Positions 24,996 through 25,024 of a DNA stretch of 25,024 bases are shown piece by piece; the stretch's first letter is position 1; every line of letters starts with the position of its first letter. The DNA is from Calditrichaceae bacterium (lineage in GTDB: Bacteria > Calditrichota > Calditrichia > Calditrichales > JBFXGD01), in contig JBFXLE010000039.1 of the NCBI GenBank assembly GCA_050173015.1, positions 1-25,024 on the forward strand, given 5' to 3'. The notes below the pieces were generated by a model that did not search any database, was not told where the DNA came from, and worked only from the letters and a program-made list of their open reading frames with translations. The translations under genes were made by a program, and so were the position numbers.

Positions 24996-25024
24996 ATGGA
25001 AGGACAAGATGTATGTCTGCGTTA
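24996..25024 (+). CDS. Possible 5' end of a downstream gene (truncated by the window edge)
   Basis: AAAGGGA then ATG at 24996 (MEGQDVCLR...), with an alternative ATG at 25009; too short to identify. Confidence 0.3.

Noticed and set aside
1-25024. Apparent abundance of CCGG and GATC as a clue to the MTase target
   Set aside because: An impression only; it needs k-mer observed/expected statistics that could not be computed here.
1-25024. tRNA, rRNA, transposase, integrase or phage genes
   Set aside because: None recognised in the window.

Overview
Bacterial chromosomal window, moderately AT-rich. The gene content (T9SS-type sorting domains, PorV-like barrel, CarboxypepD_reg TonB receptor, clear GGAGG Shine-Dalgarno sites) suggests an FCB-related diderm such as Calditrichota/KSB1/Ignavibacteria; this is inference only. 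Left part (1-7.7 kb): a putative PD-(D/E)xK nuclease converges on an N4/N6 DNA methyltransferase that appears to be an internal duplication (degenerate copy fused to an intact copy). A minus-strand run follows (cytochrome c, DUF309, unknown helical protein, alpha/beta hydrolase, MBL hydrolase, Rieske protein), then a 2Fe-2S ferredoxin and bcp. Right part (8.2-25 kb): a plus-strand carbohydrate-uptake locus, probably for alpha-glucan/maltodextrin, with no recognisable SusD. It comprises a degenerate parvulin lipoprotein, a TonB-dependent receptor, a 1300-aa Asp-rich protein with an atypical sorting-like C-terminus, a PorV/UPF0164-like barrel, a multi-module T9SS cargo protein, an SSS symporter, a MalE-like binding lipoprotein and a MalF-like permease. 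Notable non-coding signals: a palindromic operator array ahead of the locus, a co-oriented DnaA-box cluster at 21.75-22.05 kb, and a complex repeat cassette (159-bp tandem unit, 18x7-bp array, REP-like inverted repeat) between the ABC genes. All family calls come from motif recognition; no searches were run.
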